Source: Obrimoposthia wandeli (Eukaryota). Taken from it: a DNA stretch of 64,000 bases. The notes under the pieces were generated by a model. That model ran no database searches. It had not been told where the DNA came from and saw only the letters and a list, made by a program, of their open reading frames with translations. The stretch covers positions 2,356,001 through 2,420,000 of the forward strand of contig CDROCS010000253.1 of assembly GCA_977020255.1 (NCBI GenBank), written 5' to 3'. Positions 10,043-21,078 of this stretch are shown piece after piece. Position numbers and translations under genes: made by a program. How positions within the stretch are numbered: the first letter of the stretch is position 1; the number at the start of each line of letters is the position of its first letter.

Positions 10043-10080
10043 TTTATTCAATATATACTTTTATTTTTTGGAAAATCATT

Positions 10081-10824
10081 ATGGATAAGTTGCTTTATAT
10101 CGCCATGAGTGGCGCTAAACAAAACATGCAAGCCTTATCAATTAATGCCAACAATCTGGCGAATGCTAAAACTACAGGCTTTAAAGCTGATTTAGCACAA
10201 GCACGAAGTATGCAGGCTTATGGTGAAGGCATGCCTTCACGTGTTTTTTCAATGACAGAGCGTGCTAGCCAAAATTTTGACTCAGGATCTATTCTTCATA
10301 CCGGTCGGTCATTAGACGTAGCTGTTGAAGGTGATGGTTTCTTTGCGGTTCAAGCAGAAGATGGCCAAGAAGCTTACACACGTGGCGGCCACTTTCGCCT
10401 AACCGAAACCGGAGCGTTAGAAACTAACGATGGGGAACTCGTTATAGGTGAAGATGGACCTATAACGTTACCGCTACCAGTGAATAATATTCAAATTAGT
10501 CGCGATGGCACCATCATGGTACAGCCTGAAGGTGCTCCAAATAGTGTTAAAGAAGAGGTTGGCCGTATAAAAATGGTTAACCCTGACACGCGTCTTGTTG
10601 AAAAAGGCAATGATGGTTTATTTCGCGCTAAAAATGGTGGGCAATTAGTTGCCGATATTAATGTCAATGTTCTTAGCGGTGCACTCGAATCGAGTAATGT
10701 TAACCCTATAAACGAAATGACAGAAATGATTGCTTTACAGCGTCAGTTTGAAATGCAACTAAAAATGATGAAAACAGCAGAAGAAATTGATTCAAGCGCA
10801 GCTTCTCTATTAAAAGCTTTCTAA
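10081..10824 (+). CDS. flgF: Proximal rod protein FlgF
   Basis: 'ANNLANAKTTGFKAD', 'TGRSLDVAVEG', 'LESSNVNP'. Confidence 0.95.
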   Translation: MDKLLYIAMSGAKQNMQALSINANNLANAKTTGFKADLAQARSMQAYGEGMPSRVFSMTERASQNFDSGSILHTGRSLDVAVEGDGFFAVQAEDGQEAYTRGGHFRLTETGALETNDGELVIGEDGPITLPLPVNNIQISRDGTIMVQPEGAPNSVKEEVGRIKMVNPDTRLVEKGNDGLFRAKNGGQLVADINVNVLSGALESSNVNPINEMTEMIALQRQFEMQLKMMKTAEEIDSSAASLLKAF

Positions 10825-10894
10825 GTATTAACAATATTTCAGTAGTTGTTTTTTATTATAAAGCAAACAACTACTACCCAATCAGAGGTGATGT

Positions 10895-11683
10895 ATGAAC
10901 GCAGCATTATGGATTAGTAAAACTGGCTTAGATGCGCAAAATAAAGACATTGCGGTAATTTCTAATAACTTAGCAAACGCCAGTACTATTGGTTTTAAAA
11001 AAAGCAGAGCTGTTTTTGAAGATTTACTTTATCAAAACATTAATCAGCCAGGTGGCAGAACCGCGCAAGATACTGAAGCACCGTCAGGTTTAATGTTAGG
11101 CGCTGGTACCAAAGTAGTAGCGACCCAAAAAATTCATACACAAGGTGACATGCTTACTACAGATAACGCGCTTGATTTAATGATTCAAGGTGAAGGTTTC
11201 TTTGAGATAGGAATGCCTGATGGTAGTTCGGCTTATAGTCGAAATGGTCAATTTACCATGGATGATGAAGGCAATATGGTTACCCCAGGTGCCGGGTACA
11301 TGATTCAACCACAAGTAACTATTCCTGAAGATGCGTTAAGCATAATCGTTTCTCAAGATGGTGAAGTGTCAGTGACGTTACAAGGACAACCTGATCCTGC
11401 AGTTGTTGGCCAAATAAACTTAATTAACTTTGTTAACCCAACCGGTCTTCAACCAATAGGGCAAAACCTATACACAGAAACTGCGGTAAGTGGTGCGCCA
11501 CAAGAAGGCGTACCAGGTCTTGAGGGCTATGGCATGTTAGTTCAGGGCGCGTTAGAAACATCCAATGTAAATACCACCGAAGAATTGGTTAATCTAATTG
11601 AAAGTCAGCGTGTATATGAAATGAATTCAAAAGTGATTTCAGCTGTTGATGAAATGCTGAGTTATATCAACCAGCAACTTTAG
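10895..11683 (+). CDS. flgG: Distal rod protein FlgG
   Basis: 'SNNLANASTIGFKKSRAVFEDLLYQ', 'LETSNVN..EELVNLIESQRVYEMNSK'. Confidence 0.97.
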   Translation: MNAALWISKTGLDAQNKDIAVISNNLANASTIGFKKSRAVFEDLLYQNINQPGGRTAQDTEAPSGLMLGAGTKVVATQKIHTQGDMLTTDNALDLMIQGEGFFEIGMPDGSSAYSRNGQFTMDDEGNMVTPGAGYMIQPQVTIPEDALSIIVSQDGEVSVTLQGQPDPAVVGQINLINFVNPTGLQPIGQNLYTETAVSGAPQEGVPGLEGYGMLVQGALETSNVNTTEELVNLIESQRVYEMNSKVISAVDEMLSYINQQL

Positions 11684-11705
11684 TAAAGAATAAATGGAGG
11701 CAGTG

Positions 11706-12461
11706 ATGAAAAGTATTCATAGATTAAATAGACTTAAGTTAAACGTAGCAACGCTTCGTACCGTTAAGCTTCGTATTGTGAAGTTGCTTACCGTTAGCTT
11801 ACTCATTGCTATTACTAGCGCTTGTAGTAATACCGTAGAGTTAAGTAAAGCGCTGCCAAATGATCCTGATTTTGCGCCGATAATGCCTCAAGAAGAAGAA
11901 GAACGCATTGTACCATCGGGCTCATTATTCAAACCGAACTATGTTAATAACATTTATTCAGACTCTAAAGCGCATCGTGTTGGCGACATTATTTCCGTTA
12001 TTTTGAGCGAGAAAACTCAAGCCAAGAAAAATGCAAAAACTGAGTTGAAAAAGGCAAACAAAACTAGCTTAGATGCGGTAACTGGTTTAGGTGGGGTTCC
12101 CGTTAGCATTAATGGTGAGTCATTACAGTTTGGTATCAGCCAAGATTCAAACTTTAAAGGTGATGCAAAAGCGGATCAAGGTAACAGCTTAAGCGGCAAT
12201 ATTTCTGTGCATGTACTGAGAGTGTTACCCAATGGTAATTTAATGATACGCGGTGAAAAATGGTTAACGTTAAATAGTGGTGATGAATATATTCGTTTAA
12301 CGGGCGTTATTCGCTCAAAAGACATTAATTCTAATAACACTATTTTATCTAACAAAGTTGCCAACGCGCGTATTCAATATGCAGGTACGGGTAGCTTTGC
12401 CGATTCTAATGAACAAGGCTGGTTGGTTAAATTTTTCAGTAGCTCTTGGTGGCCATTTTAG
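11706..12461 (+). CDS. flgH: L-ring lipoprotein FlgH
   Basis: Lipobox TSAC, 'KAHRVGDII', 'VLPNGNLMIRGEK', C-terminal 'WWPF'; start uncertain (11694, 11706 or GTG 11778). Confidence 0.95.
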   Translation: MKSIHRLNRLKLNVATLRTVKLRIVKLLTVSLLIAITSACSNTVELSKALPNDPDFAPIMPQEEEERIVPSGSLFKPNYVNNIYSDSKAHRVGDIISVILSEKTQAKKNAKTELKKANKTSLDAVTGLGGVPVSINGESLQFGISQDSNFKGDAKADQGNSLSGNISVHVLRVLPNGNLMIRGEKWLTLNSGDEYIRLTGVIRSKDINSNNTILSNKVANARIQYAGTGSFADSNEQGWLVKFFSSSWWPF

Positions 12462-12577
12462 TTGAAGTACAGGTTAAAAATATTTCATCCTATGTTGTTT
12501 TAATAGCTGAAATTAAGGTCTTATTTCAAAGTGTTTTTTTAGATGTTATTTCAAGGTATTGTTTAAGGTACTAAAAT

Positions 12578-13669
12578 ATGAAAACTGTAATAAATATATT
12601 TATCTTTTTCTCCTTACTGACTTCTTTGTCAGTAAATGCTCAGCGCATTAAAGATTTAGCTGATGTTGCTGGCGTGCGCTCAAACCAATTAATTGGTTAT
12701 GGCTTAGTTGTTGGCTTACCCGGTACCGGTGAGCAAAGCCCGTTTACCGAGCAAAGTTTTAAAACGATGTTAAGTAATTTTGGTATTACGATGCCCGAGA
12801 ATTTAAAACCTAAAATCAAGAACGTTGCCGCGGTAGCTGTTCATGCAGAGTTAGGGGCCTTTACCAAACCAGGCCAAACTATTGATGTTACTGTTTCTAG
12901 CATGGGTAGTGCACAAAGTTTACGCGGTGGAACTTTAATACAAACTATTTTAATGGGTATTGATGGTAATGCTTATGCCGTAGCGCAAGGTTCTTTAATC
13001 GTTAGTGGGTTAGGAACACAAGGCTTAGATGGCTCTAAAGTGTTAGTGAATATTCCCACTGTGGGTCGTATCGCCAATGGTGGTATTGTTGAGCGTGAAG
13101 TCAAATCACCTTTTTCCTCAGGTGATCATATAACCTTTAATTTACGCCATTCTGATTTTACTACTGCAAAACGTTTGTCTGATACCATTAATGAACTTAT
13201 TGAAGGTTCAGCTAAAGCAATGGATGCCACTTCGGTACGCGTTTCAGCACCCAGAGATATTAGTGACCGAGTTAGTTTTTTGTCGGTATTGGAAAATCTT
13301 GAATTTGAGCCAGCATCGCCAGCAGCAAAAATTATTGTCAATTCACGTACCGGTACTATTGTCATTGGCTCAGAAGTAACATTGCTTGCCGCTGCTATTA
13401 CCCATGGTGGAATTACAGTCACCATTAATGAAGTTCAAGATGTCTCTCAACCGAATGCTTTTGCCGAAGGTGAAACGGTAGTAACCAATCAATCAGCAGT
13501 CAATGTCAGTAACTCAGATGCGCGTATGTTTGTGTTCAAACCCGGTGTAACACTAGAAACCTTAGTTCGCGCAATCAATGAGGTTGGCGCAGGACCTGGT
13601 GATGTAATGGCTATTTTAGAAGCATTAGATCAAGCGGGTGCTATACGCGGTGAGTTAGTCATTATATAA
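12578..13669 (+). CDS. flgI: P-ring protein FlgI
   Basis: '[25 protein letters not shown]', 'LRGGTL', '[11 protein letters not shown]'. Confidence 0.97.
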   Translation: MKTVINIFIFFSLLTSLSVNAQRIKDLADVAGVRSNQLIGYGLVVGLPGTGEQSPFTEQSFKTMLSNFGITMPENLKPKIKNVAAVAVHAELGAFTKPGQTIDVTVSSMGSAQSLRGGTLIQTILMGIDGNAYAVAQGSLIVSGLGTQGLDGSKVLVNIPTVGRIANGGIVEREVKSPFSSGDHITFNLRHSDFTTAKRLSDTINELIEGSAKAMDATSVRVSAPRDISDRVSFLSVLENLEFEPASPAAKIIVNSRTGTIVIGSEVTLLAAAITHGGITVTINEVQDVSQPNAFAEGETVVTNQSAVNVSNSDARMFVFKPGVTLETLVRAINEVGAGPGDVMAILEALDQAGAIRGELVII

Positions 13670-13671
13670 AT

Positions 13672-13789
13672 TAACTGCTCAGCTTGTCGCTGTAGTGCTC
13701 TATTTAGGCGTCAAAAGTACTCACTGACATTCGTCAGCTCCGTGCTTTATCCTTTAACTTGAACAATACAGCTTAAAGCTAAACAGTTA
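13672..13789. repeat. MITE-like element with imperfect terminal inverted repeats
   Basis: Left TAACTGCTCAGCTT; right end reverse-complements to TAACTGTTTAGCTT; 118 bp, noncoding. Confidence 0.45.
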
Positions 13790-13971
13790 ATAACTGAACA
13801 GATAATTGTTAACAGTTCAGAAGTAAAATTTAATGTTTTTCGTGCTTATGCATAGGGTTCAGGGACGTCATCCCCGTGGTGTGTTAATCGATGTATGGAC
13901 TCTAAAGTTTGATGGTTTTTTAATAGGAATTTCGAAGATCACGTTCACGCAAAGTCCTGAATTAACAACAT

Positions 13972-13987
13972 AGGCATGATAATTGAA
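13972..13987 (+). promoter_or_regulatory. Possible internal sigma54 promoter for flgJ
   Basis: AGGCATGATAATTGAA, GG-N10-GA variant about 35 nt before the start codon. Confidence 0.35.
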
Positions 13988-14023
13988 TAAAAAAAGTAAT
14001 TATATTTTTAGATAAGAGAAATT

Positions 14024-15163
14024 ATGGATATCAATTCAAGCCTCAAACAAAATTTTGATCAAGCGCGTAATGCCCTTGACCTAAATGGTTTAAATGATAT
14101 TCGTCAGCAATCGCGTGCCGGAGATGGCGAGGCCAAAAAGGAAGCTTTACAAGAAGCCGCTCAGCAGTTTGAAGCCATCTTTATGAAAATGCTATTGTCG
14201 AGTATGCGTAAAGCGCAGGAAGTACTTGAATCAGACAGTCCATTTAACTCCCAATCAACCAAATTTTATCGTGATATGCATGACCAGCAAATGGCGGTTG
14301 AGCTATCTTCTAATGGCTCTTTAGGATTAACGGATTTAATCGTTAGGCAGCTTGGTGGTGATAGCGGCAATTTCAAACCAAGCTCAGTGTTGCGTAATGA
14401 TGGTAATTTGACGGTAAAAGAGAGTGTTAACTCTACAGATGATAAGGACAACAAAGCTAAGAAGGACAGTCAACATAATTCATTAGTAGAAAAAATGCTG
14501 GCGGATAAAAATCAAATTAAGTCAGATATTGATATTCCATTTGCGGGCAGCTATCAACCTCAAAATATTACTAGCAATCAAGCAAACAGTGCTGCAAATC
14601 AATTTGTGATCCGCGAAGTGGATAAAAGAACAAATAAAGTTAGCGGCCAATCAGAAAGCGTCAATAATTCAGCAGCTTTATCAAATCACAGCTTTGATGA
14701 ACCCAAAGATTTTGTCACCGCTTTAATTGAACCTGCACAAAAAGTGCAGCAACAGTTAGGTGTACCTTTTGAAGTGGTTATTGCCCAAGCCGCGCTAGAA
14801 ACAGGTTGGGGACAAAAAATTATAAAAGGTCAAGATGGGGAGAGCTCTAATAACTTATTTAATATTAAAGCTGATTCTCGTTGGGCTGGCGATAAAATAA
14901 CGAAAGACACTTTAGAGTTTGAACAAGGCGGGATGATTAAAAAATCAGAGCCTTTTAGAACTTATCAATCACTTACCGAAAGTGTCGATGATTACATAAA
15001 CTTCCTCTCTACTAGCGAACGTTACCAAGATGCATTGCAAGACTCAGGCAATGTGGAACACTTCCTGCAAGGTTTACAGAAAGCAGGTTACGCAACAGAT
15101 CCTCAATATGCTGACAAAATTTTAGGCACGTTGAAAACTGTTACTAACCTTTTAGCTAAATAA
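14024..15163 (+). CDS. flgJ: FlgJ rod-cap/peptidoglycan hydrolase
   Basis: Rod-binding domain 'AAQQFEAIFMKMLLSSMRKA' plus glucosaminidase domain 'AQAALETGWG', 'NNLFNIKA', 'GYATDPQYA'. Confidence 0.96.
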   Translation: MDINSSLKQNFDQARNALDLNGLNDIRQQSRAGDGEAKKEALQEAAQQFEAIFMKMLLSSMRKAQEVLESDSPFNSQSTKFYRDMHDQQMAVELSSNGSLGLTDLIVRQLGGDSGNFKPSSVLRNDGNLTVKESVNSTDDKDNKAKKDSQHNSLVEKMLADKNQIKSDIDIPFAGSYQPQNITSNQANSAANQFVIREVDKRTNKVSGQSESVNNSAALSNHSFDEPKDFVTALIEPAQKVQQQLGVPFEVVIAQAALETGWGQKIIKGQDGESSNNLFNIKADSRWAGDKITKDTLEFEQGGMIKKSEPFRTYQSLTESVDDYINFLSTSERYQDALQDSGNVEHFLQGLQKAGYATDPQYADKILGTLKTVTNLLAK

Positions 15164-15346
15164 ATAGCTAAGTAAATCAGCTCAGTTAATTTTTAGTTAT
15201 CTGAGTACATTAGGGAAGGGTTACGCCGTAAGGCAAGCATAAAAATTTTTATTGCTGCAACCTTTCATAAACATTATTTATAACAAGCATACCGCTAATT
15301 TTCGGTTGACTGTTTACCCGTATGCTTTGTTATTGGAGACAATATT

Positions 15347-17332
15347 ATGTCAGTGAGTTTGTACCAATCAGGTGTGAGTGGCTTATTAGCTGCTCAACAG
15401 CAGCTGGCGACAACCGGTCATAATATTTCCAACGTTAATACTGATGGTTATAACCGTCAACGTGCAGAACAGAGTTCATCGCTAGGTCTTAATAATGGTA
15501 ATAACTACATTGGCGGTGGTACTTATATTCAAGACATTACCCGTCTTTATGATCAATTTTCACATAAAGAACAAGTAATGAATCAAAGTAAATTAGGTAA
15601 TGCGGACTCACTTCACGCACGCTTAACACAACTTGACCAAGTTATGTCTACTTCGGGTAATGCCGTTGTTGGCTCGCTAGATAAATTCTACCAAGCGGTA
15701 AATGGTGTTGCTGACAATCCTAATGACTCAGGTCTTCGTAGTATCGTACTTAATCAAGCGAATATATTGAGTACAGACTTTAACGAGTTAACTAACAATT
15801 TTGACACCATGAGCAAATCGGTCAATGGTGAAATAGAGCAAGTAACCAGCAGAGTTTCCGAAATATCAAAAGAGCTTGCCAAAATTAACGAAACCATTAT
15901 GCACTCGCAGCAAGGAGGCCAGCCTAATGACCTACTTGATAAGCGTGACCAACTTATTGGTGAGTTGAGTAATTACACCCGTGTAACCACAGTAAAAGAT
16001 GCTAATAATGTAATGACGGTTATGATTGGGCAAGGTACTACGCTCGTTGCGGGTATAACGCCAATGACACTGCAAGTAAATGCTGGCGACCCTGATTCAC
16101 AAAAAACAGAATTAAGGCTAGTCAGTGGTAGCAGCAGTGTTGCACTAAAGGGATCGACCCTAGGTGGCTCATTAGCGGCAAGCTTTGAATTTAGAGATGA
16201 ACATTTAAGCCAAACGCGAGCTGAAATAGATCGCTTAGCGATGGCGATATCATCTACGTTAAATGATAGCCAAGCCAGTGGTTTAGATTTAAACGGTTTT
16301 CAAGGTGCCAATATCTTTACTGATATTAACAGTACGCAATTACAGCAAGGTAGATCATTAGCCCATTCAGGTAATTCTGCTACCATACAAACACAAGTTA
16401 CTATTAATGATGTATCTAAGTTATCTACTGATGAATTTGAAGTACGTTACGATGGTACTGACTTTACGCTATATAATTTAACTTCAGGTGGAAGTGAAAA
16501 TATAGGTCCTCCAATTTTACCTACTGGTACTGGCATTCATACATCTTCATCGCCAGATTACGGTTTTTCATTTATTGAAACAAATGGCTCATCGCTACAA
16601 GCAGGCGATACATTTACCATAATACCTACTAAAAGCAGTGCTGCATTGATGAAAGCAACATTAACTGATGGCAATGCCATTGCAGCTAGTAGTGCAATAG
16701 CAGTTACACCATCAAGTAATAATGTTAACGATGGTAAAGTTGAAATAATCAATGTCACCAATCCTGAAGCGGCAAGTGCTTCGGATATTACTGTGGATGT
16801 TTATGAAACACCACCAGCAGGTACTGGCACATTCACTTACCGTGTCTATAACACCACCACGCCAACTATTATTATCGACACTAACGTGTACAACCCTGGG
16901 CAAAGTGCTGAGGTAGACATTCCCGCAGGATTTACAATAAAGATAAGTGGTGACCTTTTTGGCTCAGGCGCTAATGCTCGAGAAACCTTTACCATTGGTA
17001 ATGCTTTTGGGGTAGGTAATGGTAACCATGCCGTTGCTATGGCAAAAACACAAGAAGTTGGCATAACCAATGGTGGCAAAGAAAGCTTTAGTCAAAGCCT
17101 CGCAGTATCAACGTCAGTTGTTGGTTCAAAAGCGAGTAATGCAGAGTTAACCGCAGACACAGCACAAGCCTTATTTACTCAAGCTTATAATCGCAATCAA
17201 TCTACATCAGGAGTTAATCTGGATGAAGAAGCGGCTAATTTATTAAAGTTTCAGCAAGCTTATCAAGCTGCATCACAAATTATTTCTACGGCAAATACTA
17301 TTTTTGACACTATTTTAGCTGCAGTTAGGTAA
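15347..17332 (+). CDS. flgK: Hook-associated protein FlgK
   Basis: 'GHNISNVNTDGYNRQR', 'NDLLDKRDQL', 'SGVNLDEEAANLLKFQQAYQAAS'. Confidence 0.96.
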   Translation: MSVSLYQSGVSGLLAAQQQLATTGHNISNVNTDGYNRQRAEQSSSLGLNNGNNYIGGGTYIQDITRLYDQFSHKEQVMNQSKLGNADSLHARLTQLDQVMSTSGNAVVGSLDKFYQAVNGVADNPNDSGLRSIVLNQANILSTDFNELTNNFDTMSKSVNGEIEQVTSRVSEISKELAKINETIMHSQQGGQPNDLLDKRDQLIGELSNYTRVTTVKDANNVMTVMIGQGTTLVAGITPMTLQVNAGDPDSQKTELRLVSGSSSVALKGSTLGGSLAASFEFRDEHLSQTRAEIDRLAMAISSTLNDSQASGLDLNGFQGANIFTDINSTQLQQGRSLAHSGNSATIQTQVTINDVSKLSTDEFEVRYDGTDFTLYNLTSGGSENIGPPILPTGTGIHTSSSPDYGFSFIETNGSSLQAGDTFTIIPTKSSAALMKATLTDGNAIAASSAIAVTPSSNNVNDGKVEIINVTNPEAASASDITVDVYETPPAGTGTFTYRVYNTTTPTIIIDTNVYNPGQSAEVDIPAGFTIKISGDLFGSGANARETFTIGNAFGVGNGNHAVAMAKTQEVGITNGGKESFSQSLAVSTSVVGSKASNAELTADTAQALFTQAYNRNQSTSGVNLDEEAANLLKFQQAYQAASQIISTANTIFDTILAAVR

Positions 17333-17342
17333 GGGGATTTTT

Positions 17343-18566
17343 ATGCGCGTATCAACAGCTCAATTTTACTTACAAAGCTCATCACAAATGAGTCAAAAAA
17401 GTTCAGATGTTAATGAGCAAATGGCTCACTTAACATCGGGTAAACGAGTCATTACTGCGAAAGATGATGCGGTGTCATATAGCACGTTAGCTGGCTATAA
17501 AAATGATTTAGCTAATATTGAAAAATATAAACGTAATATTACCATGGCGGAAAGTCATAATAATAGACAAGAAACTGTTTTTTCGGGTGCTAACGATATT
17601 TTAAATAATATTAAAGAGCAGATGTTACAAGCAAATAATGGCGCTATGACTGATGACGATTTACAAGCCATAGCCAAACAAACTAGAAATAGCTTTAATC
17701 AAATGCTTGATCTTGCGAATAGTCAAAATGAAAGCGGCGATTATATATTTTCGGGTTATAAAACAGATCAACAACCCTTTAGTCAACATGTTGACGGTAG
17801 TGTGTCTTATAGTGGCGACTCTGGCGTAAGAGAGTTACAAGTAGCTAGAAATATAAAAATTCCCACTAATCATGCGGGCGATGATGCTTTTTTGAATATA
17901 GCTAATCCTATCGGGGATTTTACCGCTAATTATAATGCCGCCAATACTTCAGACGTAGCTTTAGCCAGTGCCAATGTTACCGACCGAAGTGCTTATAACG
18001 TTAGCACTACACCTCATGATTATACGTTTACCTTTGATGTTAATAATGCATTAACGGTGACTGATAGTGGTAATACCCCTGTTTTTCCGGTATTGCCAGC
18101 AATACCGGTGCCTTATGTTGCAGGGCAAACTATTACCTTTGACGGAATTAACGTTACCTTAGGTGGCAACCCATTGCCGGGTGACATCATTAAAATGAGT
18201 GAACAAGAAGATGTGAGTATATTTGATACTATTAACAATGCTATTACTTGGCTGGAAAGTACCACAGCGTCAACCAATCCAGAACAATATCAAGTAGATT
18301 ACAACACGGTACTTGACCAACTTAATTCAGCCATGAATCACATTACCTCAAAACGAGTCGATGCTGGCGTTCGCTTGCAGGTTCTTGAAAGCCAGGAGAG
18401 TAGACACCTAGACATGGAACTGAATATTACTAGCGGCAAGTCAATAATCGAAGACTTAGATTTTGCTAAAGCTATTTCAGAGTTTGAGCAGTCCAAAATA
18501 GCTTTGCAAGCGTCACAGCAAGCCTTTACCAAGGTTCAAGGGCTTACTTTATTCAATTATATTTAA
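17343..18566 (+). CDS. flgL: Hook-associated protein FlgL
   Basis: 'MRVSTAQF', 'SGKRVITAKDD', 'GDYIFSGYK', 'ALQASQQAFTKVQGLTLFNYI'. Confidence 0.95.
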   Translation: MRVSTAQFYLQSSSQMSQKSSDVNEQMAHLTSGKRVITAKDDAVSYSTLAGYKNDLANIEKYKRNITMAESHNNRQETVFSGANDILNNIKEQMLQANNGAMTDDDLQAIAKQTRNSFNQMLDLANSQNESGDYIFSGYKTDQQPFSQHVDGSVSYSGDSGVRELQVARNIKIPTNHAGDDAFLNIANPIGDFTANYNAANTSDVALASANVTDRSAYNVSTTPHDYTFTFDVNNALTVTDSGNTPVFPVLPAIPVPYVAGQTITFDGINVTLGGNPLPGDIIKMSEQEDVSIFDTINNAITWLESTTASTNPEQYQVDYNTVLDQLNSAMNHITSKRVDAGVRLQVLESQESRHLDMELNITSGKSIIEDLDFAKAISEFEQSKIALQASQQAFTKVQGLTLFNYI

Positions 18567-18588
18567 TTATATTACCGTCAATATTAAG

Positions 18589-18604
18589 TGGCACGGTTCA
18601 TGCT
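18589..18604 (+). promoter_or_regulatory. sigma54 promoter for flagellin 1
   Basis: TGGCACGGTTCATGCT, GG-N10-GC. Confidence 0.7.
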
Positions 18605-18761
18605 TTATTTATAGGCAGTAATAAAAGGCAACAAAGATAACAAATACAAGCGATGAAAACCGAACATAAGTAACTGAGTCGTTTTATTAACATCAGTAAA
18701 AGTTAAGAGGCTTGCTGGACAAGCTTCTAATAAATAAAATTAATACATTAGGAGCTATATC

Positions 18762-20327
18762 ATGGCCATAACAGTCAATACAAATGTAACCTCGTTGAAT
18801 GCTCAACGTAACTTATCAAAATCAGGCGAATCCTTATCTACGTCAATGCAACGTTTGTCTTCTGGTATGCGTATCAACAGCGCCAAAGATGATGCCGCCG
18901 GTATGCAAATATCCACACGTTTAACCTCACAAATTAGTGGTTTAGCCGTGGCCCAGCGTAATGCTAACGATGGTATCTCAATGGCGCAAACAGCAGAGGG
19001 TGCATTGCAATCTTCTACTGATATATTACAACGTATGCGTGACTTGTCTTTACAATCATCAAATGGTTCGAACTCAACGGCTGACCGTGAAGCACTGCAA
19101 AAAGAAGTATCTGCATTACAGTCAGAATTAACCCGTATTTCTGAAACGACTACGTTCGGTGGACAAAACCTATTAGATGGTAGTTATGGTACACAACAGT
19201 TTCAAGTAGGCTCAGACAGTAATCAAACCATTGGCGTTACACTTAACTCAGCAGCAGCAGAGGATATCGGTTTAAGCGGTAAGGGGTTCGATATTGCGGC
19301 TATTGCTGGTTTTTCAGGTGCAAGCGAAACAGCGAAAATATTTACAACGGATGATAAATTAAGTATTACCACGGGGGGTAAAACAAACGAACTTACCTTA
19401 ACAACAGGTATGAGTGCAGCTGATCTAGCAGGCCAAGTAAACAGTACTGAAGGTGTTTTCGGAGTGAGCGCAACAACACAGGTTGCTCTTGGCTCGTTTG
19501 CAACTGATACAACGGGTGGCGATATTATAACATTAAATGTTTCGGGTGTTGAAGTCGTTGTACCTGCTTTGACCGCAGGCGACGATAATGACGCTATTGT
19601 TGCTGATATTAATACTGCAGTGAATGGTAATACAGCCATCAAAGAAGCGCTAGCAGCGAAAGGTATTGTCGCAACAGTTGACCCAGATAGTGATTTAATG
19701 GTTTTTACCAATACTAATGGTGAGAATATTGATGTAACCATGAAGATAGCAGCTGGCGCTACAGATACCGGTGGTGCTAGTGCTGCTGGTACCGTCTCAG
19801 CTTACGATGGTGCAGCAGCACTTGCGGGTGGTACTGTAACGACTGCAGATGCAGATGTAACTGCCAACAATACTACAACAGTAACTGGTCGCTTAGATTA
19901 TACTAATGCAGTTTTGGATGTTGACAATGCAACATTAACCGTTACGGGCGGGGGAACGCTTAATGGGGCCACATCATCTTCAGCTGCTCTTGATACAACA
20001 GTCAAATTATCATCTATTGCTAAGGTAGATATTTCTACTGCAGGCGGCTCACAGTCTGCTATTGATGTAATTGACGCAGCATTAGCTTCAATTGGCGATA
20101 CGCGCGCCGATTTAGGTGCTACACAAAACCGTTTTAGTCAAACCATTGGTAACTTGGCAAATATTCAAGAAAATGCTTCTGCATCACGTAGCCGTATTCA
20201 AGACACTGACTATGCGACCGAAACGGCAGTAATGACTAAGAACCAAATATTGCAACAAGCCGGTACCTCAATTTTGGCGCAAGCGAACCAAATACCACAA
20301 GCAGCTATTAGCTTAATTGGTGGTTAG
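18762..20327 (+). CDS. fliC: Flagellin 1 (521 aa)
   Basis: Conserved D0/D1 termini '[17 protein letters not shown]', '[11 protein letters not shown]', '[14 protein letters not shown]'. Confidence 0.97.
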   Translation: MAITVNTNVTSLNAQRNLSKSGESLSTSMQRLSSGMRINSAKDDAAGMQISTRLTSQISGLAVAQRNANDGISMAQTAEGALQSSTDILQRMRDLSLQSSNGSNSTADREALQKEVSALQSELTRISETTTFGGQNLLDGSYGTQQFQVGSDSNQTIGVTLNSAAAEDIGLSGKGFDIAAIAGFSGASETAKIFTTDDKLSITTGGKTNELTLTTGMSAADLAGQVNSTEGVFGVSATTQVALGSFATDTTGGDIITLNVSGVEVVVPALTAGDDNDAIVADINTAVNGNTAIKEALAAKGIVATVDPDSDLMVFTNTNGENIDVTMKIAAGATDTGGASAAGTVSAYDGAAALAGGTVTTADADVTANNTTTVTGRLDYTNAVLDVDNATLTVTGGGTLNGATSSSAALDTTVKLSSIAKVDISTAGGSQSAIDVIDAALASIGDTRADLGATQNRFSQTIGNLANIQENASASRSRIQDTDYATETAVMTKNQILQQAGTSILAQANQIPQAAISLIGG

Positions 20328-20365
20328 TTGTAATGGCGAATTTATTCGCCATTAACTAGTGTAAA

Positions 20366-20398
20366 ATAAAACCGAACTCTGTTCGGTTTTATTGTTTT
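20366..20398 (+). terminator. Intrinsic terminator after flagellin 1
   Basis: ataaaaccgaac / gttcggttttat stem followed by T-run. Confidence 0.7.
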
Positions 20399-20423
20399 TG
20401 GTGCGGGGTGTTTATTGATAAAT

Positions 20424-20496
20424 GGGCGACTAAAGTCGCCCCTACGGCAAGGGGGCGGACAGAATATTGCAATAATACGCAGCGACTTCAGTCGCC
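20424..20496. repeat. REP doublet left of the RAYT gene
   Basis: 20424-20445 reverse-complements to GTAGGGGCGACTTTAGTCGCCC; degenerate partner gcgacttcagtcgc at 20482-20495. Confidence 0.8.
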
Positions 20497-20578
20497 AAAT
20501 AACTTTTAATTTTTCTCGAAGTTAACGCCACATATCCGTTTATAATAAAAACACATCGCATCAAAAGGATTTTTGACT

Positions 20579-21037
20579 ATGCCACGTAATAATCTCACGA
20601 AAGGAAGAGTATCCCTCAAACATCATATTTACCATATAACAACATGTACAGAAAACCGTCAGCCATTCTTTTATAATTTCCAATGCGCTCGTCTTTTGAT
20701 AAATGAAATGAAAAAATTAGTAGATACGCAAGAAGTAAGCTCTATTACTTGGGTAATCATGCCGGACCATTTACATTGGTTATTTCAGTTAACGTCGGAT
20801 AATAATTTAGCAAAAGTTATTCAAACATTAAAAGGGCGTAGTTCAAGGATCATTAATTTGTACGACAAGGGATTAGGTTTTTCATGGCAACGCGGTTTTT
20901 ATGATCACGCAATTAGAACCGAAGAAAGTTTATTATCCGTATCACGTTACATTGTAGCGAACCCATTACGAGCAGGTTTAGCTGATAATGCAGGGGATTA
21001 TCCATTATGGGATTCGGTGTATTTACAAGATGAATAA
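20579..21037 (+). mobile_element. rayT: REP-associated tyrosine transposase (RAYT / TnpA-REP, HUH Y1 family)
   Basis: 'YHITTCT', HUH motif 'IMPDHLHW', 'WQRGFYDHAIR', catalytic Tyr in 'RYIVANP'; GTAG REPs on both sides; ATG 20579 preferred over TTG 20573. Confidence 0.92.
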
Positions 21038-21078
21038 GGCAGGGGGATGTTCATGTTATCCATGGGCGATTATATTCA

